Assembly (NCBI GenBank): GCA_041483195.1
Contig: JBGPFC010000019.1
Span: forward strand, 2,853 to 66,852
Source of the DNA: Candidatus Eiseniibacteriota bacterium
GTDB lineage: Bacteria > Eisenbacteria > RBG-16-71-46
Reading direction: 5' to 3'
DNA length: 64,000 nucleotides
The first letter of the stretch is position 1. Each line of letters begins with the position of its first letter. The notes below the pieces were generated by a model that was not told where the DNA came from, made no database searches, and saw only the letters and a program-made list of their open reading frames with translations. Of this stretch, positions 51,290-61,736 are shown one piece after another. A program made the position numbers and the translations under genes.

Positions 51290-53658
51290 ACCGGACGATG
51301 CGGTCCATCGTACTCGCGGCATCGGTCGCGATGGCTGCGTCACTCGCCGCGGCGCCGTCGCCCGCGACGGCGGCCGGGTCGCGGCTCGGGGCTTCAAGCG
51401 GGGCGGATGGGGTGTGGCAACCGATCCCACCCATGAGCCCGCGCTACGAGCATGCAGCTGTCTACGACCCGGTGCGGCATCAAATGCTCGTATTCGGTGG
51501 CCTCGACGTCACCCCGGACAACGCGGTCTGGGCGCTCTCACTCGACGACGCTCCGGAGTGGAATCCCGTCGCCACCCTCGGTGTTCCACCAGCCGCTCGC
51601 GGTCACCACAGCGCAATATATGATCCGGTGCGCGACCGCATGATCGTGTTCGGCGGCGACAATATTGTCGTCAACAGCGTCACGTCCAGCGGTTCTGTCC
51701 TCGGAGACGTGTGGGCGCTATCGCTGTCCGGGACCCCGACCTGGACGCAGCTTCAGCCGTCGGGGATCGCGCCAGGGGCTCGTCGATACCACAGCGCGAC
51801 CTATGATCCGGTCAGGGACCGAATGATTGTATTTGGGGGCTGGGACGATACTCGATCCCAGTGGTCGAACGAAGTGTGGACGCTCTCCTTCGGCGACACC
51901 CTCGAATGGTCGCTGCTCGCGACGGCCGGCGCCCCGCCGATGGCCCGCGGCGAACACAGCGCCGTCTATGATCAGGCGCACGACCGTCTGATCGTCTTCG
52001 GCGGAGGGCAGTGGAGCTACCAGGCTCCGTTGAACGACGTCTGGGTGCTCTCTCTCACGGACACCCCGACCTGGATCATGCCTGTGATCGCCGACCCCCG
52101 GCCGACGCCACGCGCCGACCACACGGCAATCTACGACCCGCAGCGCGCGCGGATGATCGTGCTCGGCGGCGAATGGGATCGGGACACGGCAACCGGTATG
52201 CCCTGGGTGCTCGAGCTCGGTGACAGTTTGCACTGGTCGCCCCTGGCCCCGTCGGGGCAGGGCCCCGAGCCACTCGACGGCCACGCCGCGATCTACGATC
52301 CAATCCATGACCGCATGGTGGTCGCGGGCGGTGCGCAGTACGGCAACGGCGATATGAGCGTTGACACGTGGTCGCTCGCGCTCGCCCCGGGCCCCGCATG
52401 GACACTTCTCAGTCCTTCCGCGAAGCCGTGGTGGAGGCGAAGCGGGCACGCGGCGGCCTATGATCCCGTGGGCGACCGGATGGTCGTTGTCGGGGGTGTC
52501 GGCAAGGATCTCTGGCTCAATGACGCGTGGGCGCTGCCGTACTCGCGACCGCAGGACCGGGAGGCGATCGTTCCCACCGGACCGGCGCCGTCTCCACGCG
52601 AGGCACACAGCCTGATCCTCGACCCCAAGCGGCATCGCCTGCTTCTCTTCGGTGGGTACTCTCATGATTACTCCACCGGCACCACGTCGTGGTTCGACGA
52701 CGTGTGGGCGCTCTCGCTCGATGCCCCGCCCGCGTGGATCCCGATCTTGCCAGAAGGGGCGCCCCCGCCTGCGCGCGCGTGGCACACCGCGGTCTACGAT
52801 CCGTCGCGTGATCGGATGATCGTCTTCGGCGGATTGCCCACGGCCAACGATGCCTGGGCGCTCTCGCTCGCGGGAACTCCCCGGTGGACGCCCGTCCCCG
52901 CGGTTGTCCCGGCTGAGATGCCCCAGTTCACGAGCCACGCGGCGATCTACGATCCGCCGCGCGACCGCATGATCGTCTTCGGCTGCCCTACTGGCTCCAC
53001 GAATGAGGTGTGGGCTCTGTCGTTCGTGGGCGACCCATCCTGGACGCAGCTCGTGCCGCGAAGCCTGACCACCGGCCCGCACTACCGTACCAGTCCCACG
53101 GCCATCTACGATCCGCTGCGCGACCGCATGATCGTCTTCGGCGGATCCCTCTCGTCCTGCTGTGCCGTCTTCAACGACACGTGGGCGCTCGACCTCGCGG
53201 GGCCTCCCGCGTGGACACAGCTCGCTCCGGCTGGACCGCTGCCCGGCGCGAGGTTCGAGCATTCGGCGGTGTACGACCCGATCCATGACCGGATGCTCAT
53301 TTTCGGCGGGCTCTCCAATGACGCCTGGGCGCTTTCGTTTTCGGGCGCATGGGTCGGGGCGCCGCAGCCGCCACCTCCTGGCCTGCCCGCCCTTTCTCCC
53401 GCGCATCCGAATCCCGCGCGCGGCGCCGTGGCTCTCGAGATCGAATTGCGGCAGGAGACACGCGTGACGTTGCGCGTGCACGATGTGTCTGGCCGCGTGA
53501 TTGCGACGCTCGCGGACCGAACTTTCGGCGCCGGAAGCTCCGTCGTGCGCTGGGACGGCCGCACGCGCGAAGGCACGCGCGCCGCCGCCGGGGTCTATTT
53601 CGTGCGCCTCGTCGCCGGAGGTGACATCCGGACGCGGCGAGTCGTGCTGTTGGAATAG
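51286..53658 (+). CDS. exported protein with 12 Kelch-like repeats and a FlgD-Ig/T9SS-type C-terminal sorting domain
   Basis: ATGA overlap with the upstream gene. Signal peptide. Twelve copies of the H(S/A)A(I/V)YDP.RDRMIVFGG blade motif between nt ~51450 and 53310. C-terminus PNPARGAVALEIEL...VHDVSGRVIATL...WDGRTREG..AAAGVYFVRL. Confidence 0.8.
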   Translation: MNRTMRSIVLAASVAMAASLAAAPSPATAAGSRLGASSGADGVWQPIPPMSPRYEHAAVYDPVRHQMLVFGGLDVTPDNAVWALSLDDAPEWNPVATLGVPPAARGHHSAIYDPVRDRMIVFGGDNIVVNSVTSSGSVLGDVWALSLSGTPTWTQLQPSGIAPGARRYHSATYDPVRDRMIVFGGWDDTRSQWSNEVWTLSFGDTLEWSLLATAGAPPMARGEHSAVYDQAHDRLIVFGGGQWSYQAPLNDVWVLSLTDTPTWIMPVIADPRPTPRADHTAIYDPQRARMIVLGGEWDRDTATGMPWVLELGDSLHWSPLAPSGQGPEPLDGHAAIYDPIHDRMVVAGGAQYGNGDMSVDTWSLALAPGPAWTLLSPSAKPWWRRSGHAAAYDPVGDRMVVVGGVGKDLWLNDAWALPYSRPQDREAIVPTGPAPSPREAHSLILDPKRHRLLLFGGYSHDYSTGTTSWFDDVWALSLDAPPAWIPILPEGAPPPARAWHTAVYDPSRDRMIVFGGLPTANDAWALSLAGTPRWTPVPAVVPAEMPQFTSHAAIYDPPRDRMIVFGCPTGSTNEVWALSFVGDPSWTQLVPRSLTTGPHYRTSPTAIYDPLRDRMIVFGGSLSSCCAVFNDTWALDLAGPPAWTQLAPAGPLPGARFEHSAVYDPIHDRMLIFGGLSNDAWALSFSGAWVGAPQPPPPGLPALSPAHPNPARGAVALEIELRQETRVTLRVHDVSGRVIATLADRTFGAGSSVVRWDGRTREGTRAAAGVYFVRLVAGGDIRTRRVVLLE

Positions 53659-53713
53659 CCGCGCGAGCGATCGAAGGTCCTATCGCGGGCGCATTCGCGA
53701 CCACGGCCCCGCG

Positions 53714-56335
53714 CTACCTCACCCGCACGAACCTCGCGACCGCGCTCTCGCCCCCCGCGCTCGCGCGCACGAAGTAGAGCCCGGCGGGCGCGGCATTCCC
53801 GAGATCGTCCGCGCCGTCCCAGCGCAGCGGCGTGGCGCCGGCGGCGAGCGGCCCGCGCCACAGCGATCGCATCACGCGGCCGCCCACGTCGAGCACCTCC
53901 ACGCGAGCATCCCCGGCGCGCGGCAGCTCGATGCGCAGGCTCACCGCGCCCCGCGCGGGATTGGGCCACGGCGTCGCGAGCCGCAGCGCGCGCGGCAGCG
54001 CGGGCGCCGGCACCGCGACGGACGCGTTCGCCGCGTCGTAGACGGTGAGATCGTCGACCGCCCCTTCGACGATGTTGCCGGGCGTGCCGTCCCTGGCGAT
54101 GAAGCGCACCTTCATCTGATTCGTGGGCGTCACGAAATCCGAGACGGAAATCGCGCGCTCGACCCACTGATTGTGATTGCCGCGCGTGGTGTCCACCGGC
54201 ACCCAGCTCGCGCCGTCGTCGTCGCTGATGAGCACCGCGAACCAGTCCTCGGCCGCGCCGTCGCAGTAGAACCATCGCCAGTAGCCGATGGTGGGCTGCG
54301 CCATGCCGGTGAGATCGAGCGCTGGCGAGGTGAGCGAGGTCTTGCCGCCGTCCACGTCGTTCTGGCTGATGCTGGTGGAATCGGTGCCCTGGCCCGTGAC
54401 CCAGCACCGCACGCCCGGCGGCGGCGTTCGGTCGTCTCCCGGCTGCACCTGGCCGGGATAGAGCCCGAGCTCCTCGCCCTCGTGCAGCGGGCCGCTGGGC
54501 TCGCGCGCCGAGAGCAGGTCGGGCGAACGTCGCGCGCGCGCGGGCGCGGAGGGCGCGGCCGAAGTGCCGAGCGGATCCACGCGCACCCAGATGCCGGTGA
54601 GGGCGTTGTCGCCGGTTCCCGCGCCCCCCACGGTCCAGCCGCGATCGATCTCCATGTCGTCGTAGTCGCGCGCCGGCACGAGTTGAATGTGGTGCGTGGG
54701 AAAGCCGGGGTCGAGATCGAGCGTGTAGCTCGCCGGAATGTGGCCGGGCGCGTGGGCCTCCACGTTGTAGAGATCCTCGGGCACCACCGGCATCGAGAAC
54801 GCGCCGCTCGCGTCGGTCAGGGTGGCGAGCGGGGTGTCGAGCAGGTCGATCTCGGCGGTCTCGAGCGGCAGAGCACTCACCGCGTCCTTCACCGTGCCGC
54901 TGTAGTCGCGCACCGGCCGGTGGACCAGCGAGAGCGCGACGGTGTCGCGGCTGCCGATCGTCACCGCGCGCGTCGCGGACGCGCTCACGAAGCCGAACTT
55001 CTTCGCGGTCACGGTGTGGGTGCCGGGGCTCGGCGCGAACTGGACGATGCCGTCGCCGGTGGTCGTGAGCGAGTCGCCCTGGGTGACGAGGCGCACGCTC
55101 GCGCCTGCGAGCGGCGCGACGCCGTCGCTGTCCACCACCGCGCGCACGATGCCGTAGTCGCGCACCGGGCGATACACGTAGAGCCCGGTCTGCATGTCGC
55201 TCGCGATCACGGTGCCCGACGGGAAGAACGGGCACACCTCCCACACGCCGAAGAAGTCGCCGGAGGGCCCCGGATACGAATCCGCGTACGCGAACTCCGC
55301 GGGATGCACGGGATCGGAGAGATCCAGGACGCGGATGCCCTCGGTGTAGTTGGAGAGGTAGAGCTCGTTCCCGACCACCTTGGGGTTGTGGATGATGGCC
55401 ACCGGGTTCGAGGTGATGGCGTTCACCTCCACCGGGCTCATCACATTGGTGATGTCGAAGATCTTGAGCGGCTGGCCGTCCACCTCGTCGGTTACGTACA
55501 GGCAGTGGCCGGTCGCGTCGGGCCACGAGCTGTGGGTGAACGCGCCGGGATAGGTCCACGCGTTGATCTGGAACGGGTTCGCGGGGTCGGTGAAGTCGAG
55601 CACGCGCTCGTCGCCGGAATAGATCGACGCGCAGTAGAGGCGGTTTCCGATCGGGACGCAGTCGTGCACGTACTGCGCGTTCGGCACCGGGATCGCGCCG
55701 CCCGGCCACCACGTGAGCTCGACCGGCGCCTCGGGATTGGCGATCGAGAGGATGTGCATGCCGGTCGCCAGGCCCGCGGCGTTGCGCGTGCCGTTGCAGA
55801 TCAGGATCGCGCGCGCGGTGTCGATCGCGACCGTGTGCGAGTGGGTGAAGCTGCCGGTGTAGGTCGCGGCCAGCACCGGCGCCTCGGGATCGGACATGCG
55901 CACGATCTGCACGCCCTCGCCAGCGCCCGTGCCTTCGGTCGTGATGTAGATCCAGTTCCGGTACGACTTCATCTCGCGCCACGCCGAGAATGGACCGGTG
56001 ATGAACCCCACGCGGTACACGCTGTACGGGTCCGTCACGTTGTAGATCGCGGTGCCGTTGTTGGTGCCGATGATCGCGTACTCGCGCCCGTCGCCGTGGA
56101 TGTACGACCAGCACGCCGAGTAGCCCGCGCCGAACGGCGAGACGATGGTGGGCGGGTACTCGTTCCGGTTCGCGGTGAACGTGAGGTTGCGCGTGATCGG
56201 CGGCTGGGCCACGGCGGGCGCCGCGGCGAGCGCGATCGCGAACGGAAGCAGCGCGCGGAGCGCAATCCCTGGTGCACGCAACGTGAGAGGTCCTTTCGAG
56301 GGAGCGCGGCGCGGCCGCACCGCGGGCACAATCAT
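53714..56335 (-). CDS. exported choice-of-anchor-B/LVIVD-repeat beta-propeller protein with carboxypeptidase-regulatory-like and MAM-like domains and the same C-terminal sorting domain
   Basis: ATG at 56335 plus leader ALLPFAIALAAAPAVAQ. Repeated ..(V/L)D.(S/T)(D/N)P..P strands (YNVTDP, VRMSDPEAP, LSIANPEAP, LDFTDPANP, FDITNVMSP, LDLSDPVHP). Two CarboxypepD_reg-like modules. C-terminus PNPARGAVSLRIEL...VLDVGGRVMRSL...WDGADDLG..APAGLYFVRA. Confidence 0.75.
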   Translation of the reverse strand: MIVPAVRPRRAPSKGPLTLRAPGIALRALLPFAIALAAAPAVAQPPITRNLTFTANRNEYPPTIVSPFGAGYSACWSYIHGDGREYAIIGTNNGTAIYNVTDPYSVYRVGFITGPFSAWREMKSYRNWIYITTEGTGAGEGVQIVRMSDPEAPVLAATYTGSFTHSHTVAIDTARAILICNGTRNAAGLATGMHILSIANPEAPVELTWWPGGAIPVPNAQYVHDCVPIGNRLYCASIYSGDERVLDFTDPANPFQINAWTYPGAFTHSSWPDATGHCLYVTDEVDGQPLKIFDITNVMSPVEVNAITSNPVAIIHNPKVVGNELYLSNYTEGIRVLDLSDPVHPAEFAYADSYPGPSGDFFGVWEVCPFFPSGTVIASDMQTGLYVYRPVRDYGIVRAVVDSDGVAPLAGASVRLVTQGDSLTTTGDGIVQFAPSPGTHTVTAKKFGFVSASATRAVTIGSRDTVALSLVHRPVRDYSGTVKDAVSALPLETAEIDLLDTPLATLTDASGAFSMPVVPEDLYNVEAHAPGHIPASYTLDLDPGFPTHHIQLVPARDYDDMEIDRGWTVGGAGTGDNALTGIWVRVDPLGTSAAPSAPARARRSPDLLSAREPSGPLHEGEELGLYPGQVQPGDDRTPPPGVRCWVTGQGTDSTSISQNDVDGGKTSLTSPALDLTGMAQPTIGYWRWFYCDGAAEDWFAVLISDDDGASWVPVDTTRGNHNQWVERAISVSDFVTPTNQMKVRFIARDGTPGNIVEGAVDDLTVYDAANASVAVPAPALPRALRLATPWPNPARGAVSLRIELPRAGDARVEVLDVGGRVMRSLWRGPLAAGATPLRWDGADDLGNAAPAGLYFVRASAGGESAVARFVRVR

Positions 56336-56371
56336 AACCGCGCGGCGCGCGCCTTTGCTAGAGTCGCGGGG

Positions 56372-57820
56372 ATGAAGCCTCCCTCCCCGGCCGTCGCGGT
56401 GGCTGCGATCGCCCTCGCCGCCCTCGCGCTGTGGATCGCGCTCTCGCCACCTCAGCGCAACGACGTGGTGGGCGGCGACGAGGGCTACTACGGCACCATG
56501 GCGCGCAACGTGCTCGCCTCCCCGCGCTTCCTCGCGAGCCCCGCGCTCACGCCGCTCGGCCCGCCTGGCGACAAGCCGCCGCTCTACCCCGCGCTGCTCG
56601 CGGCGTTCGTGCGGATCATGGGGCCCACCGCCGCCGCGCTGCGCTGGCCTTCGCTGCTCAGCGCGCTGATCGTGATGCTGTGCGTGGGAGCGCTCGCCGG
56701 GCGAGCGGCGGGCGCGGCCGGCGCGACCACCGCCACGCTCTTCCTCGCATCGCTTCCCTGGTTCGCCGACTCCTCGCGCGTGGCGAACGCCGAGCTCCCG
56801 CTCACCGCGTTCGGTGCGCTCGCGCTGGTCGTGCTCGCGGGCGGCCGTGCCACGCCACGGCGCGCCGCCGCTGCGGGCGCGCTGCTCGGGCTCGCGTTTC
56901 TCTGCAAGCTGTGGCTCGTGGTGCTGATCGCGATCCCGGCGGCGGCGTGGGTGTGGCCCGACCGCGGCGCGCTGATCGCGCTGGCCACCGGCGCGGTGCT
57001 GGTGGGCGCGCTGCAGCTGATCGGCGTCGCGATCGTGGCGCCGCGCGATCTCGCGCACTGGTGGTCGGTCTACATGAGCTTCTCGCTCGCGAGCCGCGTC
57101 GGAGGTGAGGGCTTCGCCGCCGACTGGATCAGGCCGCCGACGTTCTACCTCGCGACGCTGGCGCGCGCCTTCGTGCTGCTGCTGCCGCTGGTGGCGGTCG
57201 GCGCGTGGGAGGCCGCGCGCCGGAGGCGGGAGCCCATCATGCGCGCGCTGCTCGCCTGGTCGCTGGGTTTCGTGCTGCTCTCGCTCTTTCGCGTGAAGTC
57301 GGGGGTCTACCTCTACCCCGTCGTTCCCGCGTGGGCTGCGCTAGCGTCGGTGGGGCTCGGTGCCATCGCGCGTCGCTGGAAGCGCGCGGCGCTGGCGCTG
57401 GGCGCGGCGATCGCGATCGCGGGCTTCGCGCGGGAGATCCAGCGGCTGCCCGTGCGCTATCACGATCCCGGCTACCGCGCGGTCGCGGCCGCGCTCGCGC
57501 CGCTGCTGGCGGACGCCGATCCCGCGCGGGCGAGCTACGTCGCGCCCGAGGCCCCGGCGTTCGGTTACACGCTGTTTCGCGCCGGGCGCTACTGGGGCAC
57601 TCCGCTCCGGCCGTGGTCGAGCGCGAGCCTCGAGCCGCTGATGAGCGACTCGACGCTGCGCGCGTTCGTGGTCGACCCCTCGGAGCGCTTCTACGGCGGC
57701 TGGCCCGACTCGACCACGCTCCACCGGCTCAAGCTCGCGACCCGGGAGATCACGCCCGACATCGAGCGGTCGAGCGGGCGGAAGCTGGAGGTGAGGGTGT
57801 TCGTGCGCGCGGCGAACTGA
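56372..57820 (+). CDS. ArnT/PMT-like (GT-C fold) membrane glycosyltransferase
   Basis: About 11 TM helices. N-terminal GGDEGYYGTMARNVL and DKPPLYPALLA loop motifs are typical of GT39/GT83 enzymes. Soluble C-terminal domain. Confidence 0.65.
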   Translation: MKPPSPAVAVAAIALAALALWIALSPPQRNDVVGGDEGYYGTMARNVLASPRFLASPALTPLGPPGDKPPLYPALLAAFVRIMGPTAAALRWPSLLSALIVMLCVGALAGRAAGAAGATTATLFLASLPWFADSSRVANAELPLTAFGALALVVLAGGRATPRRAAAAGALLGLAFLCKLWLVVLIAIPAAAWVWPDRGALIALATGAVLVGALQLIGVAIVAPRDLAHWWSVYMSFSLASRVGGEGFAADWIRPPTFYLATLARAFVLLLPLVAVGAWEAARRRREPIMRALLAWSLGFVLLSLFRVKSGVYLYPVVPAWAALASVGLGAIARRWKRAALALGAAIAIAGFAREIQRLPVRYHDPGYRAVAAALAPLLADADPARASYVAPEAPAFGYTLFRAGRYWGTPLRPWSSASLEPLMSDSTLRAFVVDPSERFYGGWPDSTTLHRLKLATREITPDIERSSGRKLEVRVFVRAAN

Positions 57821-58152
57821 TCACCCAGCGCGCGGTCTCGTGTCGGTCCACCGCGCGCGCAACCTCGCATCGTTGCGTCATCTCGCTCTCGATCGCCGGC
57901 GCGACGACGGCGCCGAAGGTGGTCGCGATCGTGGAGTCTCGTCGACGCGCGGAGCGAACACCGACCCTCACGCCACCGGCCACGATGTCGCGTACGCGAC
58001 ACATCGCCCATCGCCCCGATCGCGCCGACCGCGCCGACCCCTCTCGCGAAGAGATCGCAAAAAAATTTCTCTGGCGCGTTTCACTTGCATGGACATTGAG
58101 CGCAATCGCTGCACATCGAGCGCGCCCGCATTCTTGGGCATCAATTTCGCGC

Positions 58153-58183
58153 TTGAACCAACGCACGTCGACAGTGGTATAAC
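58153..58183 (+). promoter_or_regulatory. candidate sigma70 promoter for nrdJ (TTGAAC-N19-TATAAC, with TGg extended -10)
   Basis: Read directly in the AT-richer leader. The spacer is 19 nt, which is long. This would give a ~185-nt 5' UTR. Confidence 0.25.
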
Positions 58184-58374
58184 ACCACACGCCGCGCGCA
58201 GTGATCGACCTCGCATGCGCACGGAAGCACCTTCCCTCACGCAGAAGACGATTAACGCCGTACACGTCGACGCGGGTCAAACCGAGCCGGCGGCCTTGGG
58301 TGCCTTCGGGACGCCGTCACGGCTTGGCAATTCATCTGAGGGGTGCAGTACTCGCGAGGGACAGGGAGGTCCCA

Positions 58375-61300
58375 GTGACCCAGACGCTCAGCACCGATCA
58401 CATCTCCGCTCCGACACCGCCCGCTTCGACGCAAGCGGGCCTGCGCGTGCCCCGCCGCTTCACGCGGCCCGGTATCCATCCCTTCGACGAGATCGCTTGG
58501 GATCGCCGCCGCACGGTGATCGCGAACCCCGACGGCTCGGTCGTGTTCCAGATGGACGACGTCGAGGTGCCGGCCGACTGGTCGCAGCTCGCCACCGACA
58601 TCGTCGTGAGCAAGTACTTCCGCAAGGCGGGGCTCCAGAGCGCACCCGGGCACGAGACCAGCGTGCGGCAGGTCGTGCACCGGCTCGCGCACACGCTGCG
58701 CGTCGCGGGCGAGCGGCAGGGCGGCTACTTCGAGCGCCCCGAAGACGCCGAGGCCTTCGAAGCCGAGCTGGCGCACATGCTGGTCCACCAGATCGGCGCC
58801 TTCAACTCGCCGGTGTGGTTCAACTGCGGGCTCTTCCACGAGTACGGCATCAGCGGCTCGGGCGGCAATTTCGCGTGGGATCCCGAAACCCGCAGCGTGC
58901 AGGTCACGCCCGACTCCTACTCGCGGCCCCAGGTGTCGGCCTGCTTCATCCAGTCGGTGGAAGACGACCTCATGTCGATCTTCGAGCTGGCGAAGAACGA
59001 GGCGCGCGTCTTCAAGTTCGGCTCGGGCACCGGCTCCAACTTCTCGCGGCTGCGCGGCCGCATGGAGAAGCTCTCGGGCGGCGGCACCTCGTCGGGCCTG
59101 ATGAGCTTCCTCGAGGTGCTCGACCGCGGCGCGGGCGCCACCAAGTCGGGCGGCACCACGCGCCGCGCGGCGAAGATGGTGGTGCTCGACGTGGATCACC
59201 CCGAGATCGTGGACTTCATCCAGTGGAAGGTGCGCGAGGAGCGCAAAGTCGCGGCGCTGGTCGCATCCGGCTTCTCCTCCGACTTCAACGGCGACGCCTA
59301 CGGCACGGTCTCCGGGCAGAACTCGAACAACTCGGTGCGGGTGCCCGACGCGTTCATGAAGGCGGTCGAGAGCGACGGCCCGTGGCAGACCACGTTCCGC
59401 ACCACGGGCCAGGTGTACGAGACGCACCGCGCGCGCGGCCTGTGGCGCACGCTCTCCGAGGCCGCCTGGCAGTGCGCCGACCCCGGGGTCCAGTACGACG
59501 ACACCATCCAGAAGTGGCACACGGTCAAGGCGACCGGGCGGATCAACGCCAGCAACCCGTGCTCCGAGTACCTGCACCTCGACGACACGGCCTGCAATCT
59601 CGCCTCGATCAACCTCATGAAGTTCCTGCGCGACGACGGCACCTTCGACGTGGACGGCTACAAGCACGCGAACCGAGTGTTCTTCCTGGCGCAGGAGATC
59701 GCGGTGAGCTTCGCCTCCTACCCGACCGAGAAGATCGCGCGGCGCTCCGAGCAGTTCCGGCCGCTGGGCCTGGGCTACGCGAACCTCGGCACGCTGCTCA
59801 TGGTGCAGAGCCTGCCCTACGACAGTCCCGCGGCGCGGGCGACCGCCGCCGCGATCACCGCGATCATGACCGGCGAGGGCTACGCGCTCTCCGCCGAGAT
59901 GGCGGCGAGCAAGGGCCCGTTCGAGGGCTTCGCCACGAACCGCGACAGCATGCTCGACGTGATGCGGCTCCACCGCGAGGCGGCGCGCGCGATCGATCCG
60001 GCGTACGCGCCGAACGACCTGCGCTCCGCGGCGGTCGAGTGCTGGGACCGCGCGCTGGCGCTGGGCGCGCTCCACGGCTACCGCAACGCGCAGGCCACGG
60101 TGCTCGCGCCGACTGGGACCATCGGGCTGCTGATGGACTGCGACACGACCGGGGTCGAGCCCGACTTCGCGCTGGTCAAGTTCAAGAAGCTCGCGGGCGG
60201 CGGCTACTTCAAGATCGTGAACCAGTCGGTGCCGCGCGCGCTGCGGCGGCTCGGCTACGACGATCCCGCGATCGAGGGCGTCATCCGCTACGCGATCGGC
60301 ACCGGCAGCCTCGACGGCACGCCGCACATCAACCGCTCGTCGCTCATGCGGAAGGGCCTGCACGAGAGCGAGATCGAGCGGATCGAGCATTCGCTGCCCA
60401 CGATGCTCGACATCCGTTTCGCCTTCTCGCGCGGCATGCTCAGCGAGGAGACGCTCACGCGCCTCGGCGTCACCATCGCCGAGCGCGAGAAGCCGGCGTT
60501 CAACGCGCTCCCGTTCCTGGGCTTCACCGACGAGCAGATCGAGCAGGCGAACAGCGCGATCTGCGGCTCGCAGTCGGTGGAGGGCGCGCCCGGCCTCCGG
60601 CACGAACACCTGCCGGTGTTCGACTGCGCGAACCGCTGCGGGCCGCGGGGCACTCGCTACATCGAGCCGATGGGCCACATCCGCATGATGGCGGCGGTGC
60701 AGCCGTTCATCTCGGGCGCCATCAGCAAGACCGTGAACCTGCCGCACGACGCCACGGTCGACGAGGTCGAGCGCATCTACTTCGACTCGTGGAAGCTGGG
60801 GCTCAAGGCGGTCGCGCTCTATCGCGACGGCAGCAAGCTCTCCCAGCCGCTCGCGAGCACCAAGAAGGCCGAAGACGCCGCCAGCCCGCCGCCCAAGCTG
60901 CGCCGCCGCCGGCTGCCCAAGCGCCGGCACGGATTCACGCAGGAGGCGCGCATCGGCGGGCACAAGGTGTTCCTGCGCACCGGCGAATACGAAGACGGCA
61001 TGATCGGCGAGATCTTCATCGACATGCACAAGGAGGGCGCGGCGTTCCGCAGCATCATGAACTGCTTCGCGATCTCGGTCTCGATGGGCCTCCAGTACGG
61101 CGTGCCGCTCGAGGATCTGGTGGACCAGTTCTGCTTCACGCGCTTCGAGCCGCACGGCCGCGTGGACGGGCACGACAACATCCGCGCCTGCACCAGCGTG
61201 GTGGATTACGTCTTCCGCGTGCTGGGGCTCGAGTACCTGGGCCGCACCGATCTCGCGCACATCGTGACCGACGACCTCAAGGGCGGGCCGGTGCCGCACG

Positions 61301-61605
61301 CGATCGGACACCCGGTCGGCAAGGAGCACAACCGCGCGGGGAACGGGTCCAATGGGCACGGCAGCCCCGAACCCGCGGCGAGGCCGGCGGGGGCAATGTC
61401 GGCTGCGGCGCCGCTGGTGGTGGTGACGCCCGCCTCCGCCGCCGCGAAACACCGCGACAATCCCGGCACCGAAGGCGTGCAGGACGCGATGCTCGGCAAA
61501 TTCCCGGGCGACGCGCCGTTGTGCGACAACTGCGGCCACATCACCGTGCGCAACGGCACCTGCTTCAAGTGCCTGAACTGCGGAACGAGTATGGGGTGCT
61601 CCTGA
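58375..61605 (+). CDS. nrdJ: class II (adenosylcobalamin-dependent) ribonucleotide reductase
   Basis: GGGAGG RBS before the GTG at 58375. [10 protein letters not shown]...VVSKYFRK N-terminus. Active-site [22 protein letters not shown]-terminal Cys tail [27 protein letters not shown]. Confidence 0.9.
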   Translation: MTQTLSTDHISAPTPPASTQAGLRVPRRFTRPGIHPFDEIAWDRRRTVIANPDGSVVFQMDDVEVPADWSQLATDIVVSKYFRKAGLQSAPGHETSVRQVVHRLAHTLRVAGERQGGYFERPEDAEAFEAELAHMLVHQIGAFNSPVWFNCGLFHEYGISGSGGNFAWDPETRSVQVTPDSYSRPQVSACFIQSVEDDLMSIFELAKNEARVFKFGSGTGSNFSRLRGRMEKLSGGGTSSGLMSFLEVLDRGAGATKSGGTTRRAAKMVVLDVDHPEIVDFIQWKVREERKVAALVASGFSSDFNGDAYGTVSGQNSNNSVRVPDAFMKAVESDGPWQTTFRTTGQVYETHRARGLWRTLSEAAWQCADPGVQYDDTIQKWHTVKATGRINASNPCSEYLHLDDTACNLASINLMKFLRDDGTFDVDGYKHANRVFFLAQEIAVSFASYPTEKIARRSEQFRPLGLGYANLGTLLMVQSLPYDSPAARATAAAITAIMTGEGYALSAEMAASKGPFEGFATNRDSMLDVMRLHREAARAIDPAYAPNDLRSAAVECWDRALALGALHGYRNAQATVLAPTGTIGLLMDCDTTGVEPDFALVKFKKLAGGGYFKIVNQSVPRALRRLGYDDPAIEGVIRYAIGTGSLDGTPHINRSSLMRKGLHESEIERIEHSLPTMLDIRFAFSRGMLSEETLTRLGVTIAEREKPAFNALPFLGFTDEQIEQANSAICGSQSVEGAPGLRHEHLPVFDCANRCGPRGTRYIEPMGHIRMMAAVQPFISGAISKTVNLPHDATVDEVERIYFDSWKLGLKAVALYRDGSKLSQPLASTKKAEDAASPPPKLRRRRLPKRRHGFTQEARIGGHKVFLRTGEYEDGMIGEIFIDMHKEGAAFRSIMNCFAISVSMGLQYGVPLEDLVDQFCFTRFEPHGRVDGHDNIRACTSVVDYVFRVLGLEYLGRTDLAHIVTDDLKGGPVPHAIGHPVGKEHNRAGNGSNGHGSPEPAARPAGAMSAAAPLVVVTPASAAAKHRDNPGTEGVQDAMLGKFPGDAPLCDNCGHITVRNGTCFKCLNCGTSMGCS

Positions 61606-61662
61606 GCCACACGCGGAGGGAGCCGCGTAACCGGGGCGCGTGACCTCTCCGGTGGCCGATGC

Positions 61663-61692
61663 GGGCGGAGGCCTCTGGCTTCCGCCCGTTTG
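61663..61692 (+). terminator. candidate rho-independent terminator after nrdJ
   Basis: GGGCGGAGG-CCTCTGG-CTTCCGCCC (9-bp stem including one G-U pair) followed by GTTTG. Confidence 0.45.
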
Positions 61693-61736
61693 CTCTGGGG
61701 CCTGAGGCGCGATCCGCCGCGGCACGCGGTTCGAGT

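Noticed and set aside
53501-56371. Upstream 957 codons of the 1439-aa plus-strand ORF (53501-57820), and the 53595-56114 minus-strand alternative frame
   Set aside because: This part is antisense to the well-supported LVIVD/CTD protein. Only the section from the ATG at 56372 (the GT-C glycosyltransferase with TM helices) looks coding.
57821-58374. Cobalamin riboswitch or NrdR boxes upstream of nrdJ
   Set aside because: There is no GCCACTG-type B12 box on the sense strand (only CAGTGG, which is on the wrong strand). There are also no AT-rich 16-bp palindromes resembling ACACWATATATWGTGT. A covariance-model scan could not be run, so this remains only a visual negative.
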